Source: an uncultured Methanomassiliicoccales archaeon (GTDB taxonomy: Archaea; Thermoplasmatota; Thermoplasmata; Methanomassiliicoccales; UBA472). From it: a stretch of DNA of 64,000 bases. Both the position numbers and the translations under genes were made by a program. Shown in pieces: positions 61,509 through 64,000 of this stretch; within the stretch, counting starts at the first letter, position 1, and each line of letters starts with the position of its first letter. Under the pieces are notes generated by a model, which was not told where the DNA came from, made no database searches, and was given only the letters and a program-made list of their open reading frames with translations. The stretch is taken from the NCBI GenBank assembly GCA_963710685.1, contig CAVQBH010000014.1:16724-80723 (forward strand). The letters run 5' to 3'.

Positions 61509-61832
61509 TCATTTCGGATGTCGTCTGTTAAAGCGCTCGATGGCCTCTTTGACCGTTCCCTCTTCATCGGCCACCACCTTTATGTTCTTGGATTGGAGCT
61601 TTTTGATCCCGTGCGGCCCGATGAAACCGGTGATCACCACATCAGGCCCCAATCTGATCAGGTTCTCGGCCGTCTGAATTCCATAACCGATATCGGTGTC
61701 CTCCAGGACGTTGTCATGGACGGTGAAGGCCATCGTTTCCGGGTCAACACAGATGAATAGCGGGGAGTGCCCGAACTCCTCCTCCACTTCGGCATTCAGG
61801 CTTCCCTCGGATACCGTCACGCAAATCTTCAT
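61509..61832 (-). CDS. NifB/NifX-family (FeMo-cofactor-binding domain) protein
   Basis: MKICV, FGHSP.F, GIQTA and VITG.IGP; SD AGAGGTGA upstream. Confidence 0.85.
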   Translation of the reverse strand: MKICVTVSEGSLNAEVEEEFGHSPLFICVDPETMAFTVHDNVLEDTDIGYGIQTAENLIRLGPDVVITGFIGPHGIKKLQSKNIKVVADEEGTVKEAIERFNRRHPK

Positions 61833-61836
61833 CCGA

Positions 61837-62688
61837 TCACCTCTTCCGCTTCTGCTCGTTCTCTTCGGAGGCAGCAACCAATTTGTCCACGATCTCCTCG
61901 AAGGCTTTGGATGCGGGCGAATCCCGTTTCGACAGAACGATGGGCTTCCCATCATCTCCACTGTTGACCACGCCGGGGTCGATCGGTATCCGGCCCAGGA
62001 ACGGGACCCCCATCTCATGCGCGGCCTTTTCCCCGCCACCCATCTTGAACAGGTCGATCTCCTTGCCGCAGTGCGGACAAATCAGCCCGCTCATGTTCTC
62101 CACCATGCCCAGTACCGGCATCTTGAGCGACCTGGCGAAGGTGACCGACTTCCTGGAGTCGAGCAAGGCCACGTCCTGCGGGGTGGTCACGACGACCGCA
62201 CCGTCCGCCTCGGGCATGAGCTGTGCGATGGTGAGGGGTTCGTCACCCGTTCCCGGAGGCAGATCGACGATGAGGAAGTCCAGCTCTCCCCACTTGACAT
62301 CCGCCACGAACTGCCTCAGGGCGCCCATCTTCATGGGTCCCCTCCAGACGATGGGGGTGTCCCGGTCTCCCAGCAGGAAGGCCGTCGACATCACCTTCAA
62401 ATGTGGCGGGACCTGGACCGGGTAAAGTCCATCCTGGTCCCCCTGGATCTGGGCGTCCTCGATGTTCAGCATCTTCGGTATGTTCGGACCGTGTATATCG
62501 GCGTCCAGTATGCCGACCTCATATCCCCGCATGGCCAAGGCCACCGCCAGGTTCACGGTCACGGTGGACTTGCCCACGCCCCCTTTTCCGCTCATGACGA
62601 TGATCTCGTGCTTGATCTTGGCCAGGCTCTTCAGTACCTTGACGTCCTCTTCCTTCACCGTACGCAGTTCAATGTTGTCGTTCTCCAT
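61837..62688 (-). CDS. mrp: Mrp/NBP35 (ApbC) Fe-S cluster carrier ATPase
   Basis: [29 protein letters not shown] and ENMS...CPHC. Confidence 0.95.
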   Translation of the reverse strand: MENDNIELRTVKEEDVKVLKSLAKIKHEIIVMSGKGGVGKSTVTVNLAVALAMRGYEVGILDADIHGPNIPKMLNIEDAQIQGDQDGLYPVQVPPHLKVMSTAFLLGDRDTPIVWRGPMKMGALRQFVADVKWGELDFLIVDLPPGTGDEPLTIAQLMPEADGAVVVTTPQDVALLDSRKSVTFARSLKMPVLGMVENMSGLICPHCGKEIDLFKMGGGEKAAHEMGVPFLGRIPIDPGVVNSGDDGKPIVLSKRDSPASKAFEEIVDKLVAASEENEQKRKR

Positions 62689-63013
62689 GATGATCCCTCG
62701 TAAATTTTATGCTCTAGATCAAGACTTGACCCCAGGCATATCGGAACTACTCGGTAATAAGGGATATGGCGGTTCGGAGGCATTTCCATGGACAATCGTT
62801 ACTATTTCATTGAAGGACGACGTCCTCCGATTCGATGCCCGGACCATAGGACGTGGCTCAGTTTCTTGTCCGGAGCTGTTCACCTAGGATTCGCCGGTCT
62901 CGATTTCAGTTACGCAATTCTTCCAACGACCGTTCGATCGATAAAGGTCCGGTCCCCTTGGAAATATTTTAGGCATTTTCGTCGTTCTGTCTAGATCGGT
63001 GCCTGGACGCCGA

Positions 63014-63574
63014 TCATGACGGGTGGAACCTCATTCTGCTCTCGACCTCGTTGAGACATGGGGCCCGGGAGTCCCTTTCCGATACCACTGGTTCCCGGAT
63101 CCCCCATTCTATACCTATTACAGGGTCATCGTATCGGATTATGCGTTCGTGGTCTTTGGAATAGGGCCGGTCAACCTTGTACTGCACCTCGGTTTCGTCC
63201 TCCAGGGTCACGAACCCGTGGGCATATCCGTGCGGGATGAACAGTTGGGTCATGTTCGTCGAGGAAAGCTGGATGCTGAACCATTTTGCGTATCTTGGCG
63301 AATCGATGCGTACGTCCACGGCAAAATCAAGAATGGATCCCCGGCTGCACCTAACCAATTTCGCCTGTTCCATCGGGCTGTCTTGGAAATGGAGACCTCT
63401 GATCACCCCTTTCTTGGCGGAGAACGAATGGTTGTCCTGGACGAACACCGTTTCTATGCCGATCTCCCTCATCTTGCCCCGGGAGTAGGTTTCCATGAAC
63501 CATCCACGCTCATCCCGGAACAGGTCCGGTTCAATGACCATGATACCATCAAACCCAGTCGATCTGCCGATCAA
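63014..63574 (-). CDS. rfbC: dTDP-4-dehydrorhamnose 3,5-epimerase
   Basis: DERGWFMETY, VQDNHS, RGLHFQ and AHGF; start uncertain. Confidence 0.92.
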   Translation of the reverse strand: MIGRSTGFDGIMVIEPDLFRDERGWFMETYSRGKMREIGIETVFVQDNHSFSAKKGVIRGLHFQDSPMEQAKLVRCSRGSILDFAVDVRIDSPRYAKWFSIQLSSTNMTQLFIPHGYAHGFVTLEDETEVQYKVDRPYSKDHERIIRYDDPVIGIEWGIREPVVSERDSRAPCLNEVESRMRFHPS

Positions 63575-63578
63575 GTTT

Positions 63579-64000
63579 TCAACCCTTCCGCTCTTCCTCG
63601 GCCTCAAGTACGGAGGCGATGTGCTTCCCATATTCTGTCTTCGCGTACTTTGAAAGGAATTCCCCAAGGTCTCCTCGGTCGATCCAACCGTTGATGATCG
63701 CTATCTCCTCGGGATATCCCACCTTGACGTTCTGGTACTTCTCAAGTGTCTGGACGTATTTGCCGGCTTCGATCATCGCGTCTGGAGTGCCCGCGTCCAT
63801 CCAGGTAAAACCGCTGTCCAGTTTGATCGCCTCGAGACTTCCTTCCGAAAGATAGAGATTATTGACATCGGTGATCTCCAGTTCATTCCGCCATGATGGT
63901 TTCACGTTCTTGGCGAAGTTCACGACCCGGTTATCGTAGAAGTATAGGCCGGCGGCCGCATAGTTCGATTTCGGGTCCTTGGGCTTTTCGTCGATCGATA
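63579..64000 (-). CDS. rfbA: Glucose-1-phosphate thymidylyltransferase, 3' part (runs off the window end)
   Basis: KP..PKSNYA..GLYFYD, R.ELEITD.N and W.DAGT. Confidence 0.92.
   Translation of the reverse strand, partial: SIDEKPKDPKSNYAAAGLYFYDNRVVNFAKNVKPSWRNELEITDVNNLYLSEGSLEAIKLDSGFTWMDAGTPDAMIEAGKYVQTLEKYQNVKVGYPEEIAIINGWIDRGDLGEFLSKYAKTEYGKHIASVLEAEEERKG

Noticed and set aside
61509-61832. Nitrogen fixation inferred from the NifB/NifX-family gene
   Set aside because: Stand-alone NifX-like genes beside Mrp ATPases are common in non-diazotrophic anaerobes, and no nifHDK is present in the window.

Overview
The window joins two unrelated genomes at about 28,780. Bases 1 to ~28,780 look like Verrucomicrobiota (Pedosphaera/Limisphaera-like): PEP-CTERM proteins, prepilin/H-X9-DG proteins, GloVer repeats and F(Y/F)R C-terminal tails. 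Bases ~28,781 to 64,000 are archaeal and Methanomassiliicoccales-like: egsA, LonB, Hel308, Cgi121, archaellin, an HdrA/MvhD fusion and thiolase+DUF35. Many genes in both halves are broken by single-base indels, which fits unpolished long-read assembly better than real pseudogenes. The main candidate new system is in the bacterial half: three adjacent metal-themed cassettes built on one plan, a pseudopilin plus secreted protein(s) plus metal-handling genes, with no TonB-dependent receptor. (1) A Mo-linked cassette behind a close ModE-box match, with an ECF transporter, DUF364, a DUF2478-like NTPase and a short ModE. (2) A Ni-linked cassette behind a NikR-type palindrome next to nikR, with a GloVer/DUF3344 protein, MotA/ExbB, DUF2149 and an exported CobN/HmuS-like (de)chelatase. 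(3) A Cu-linked cassette behind a DUF2946-like CxxC leader, with a Tat DJ-1/isonitrile-hydratase-like protein, HMA, SCO and CusF-like genes. In cassettes 1 and 3 the same secreted domain occurs twice, once with PEP-CTERM and once with an F(Y/F)R tail. In the archaeal half the notable items are a thiolase with three catalytic motifs changed, a flavin-less mini-HdrA-MvhD fusion, three KaiC/RAD55 ATPases, an orphan archaellin and a ~1,450-aa helical-repeat protein. No rRNA, tRNA, CRISPR array or transposase was recognised. All family assignments come from motif recognition by eye; no database search was run.
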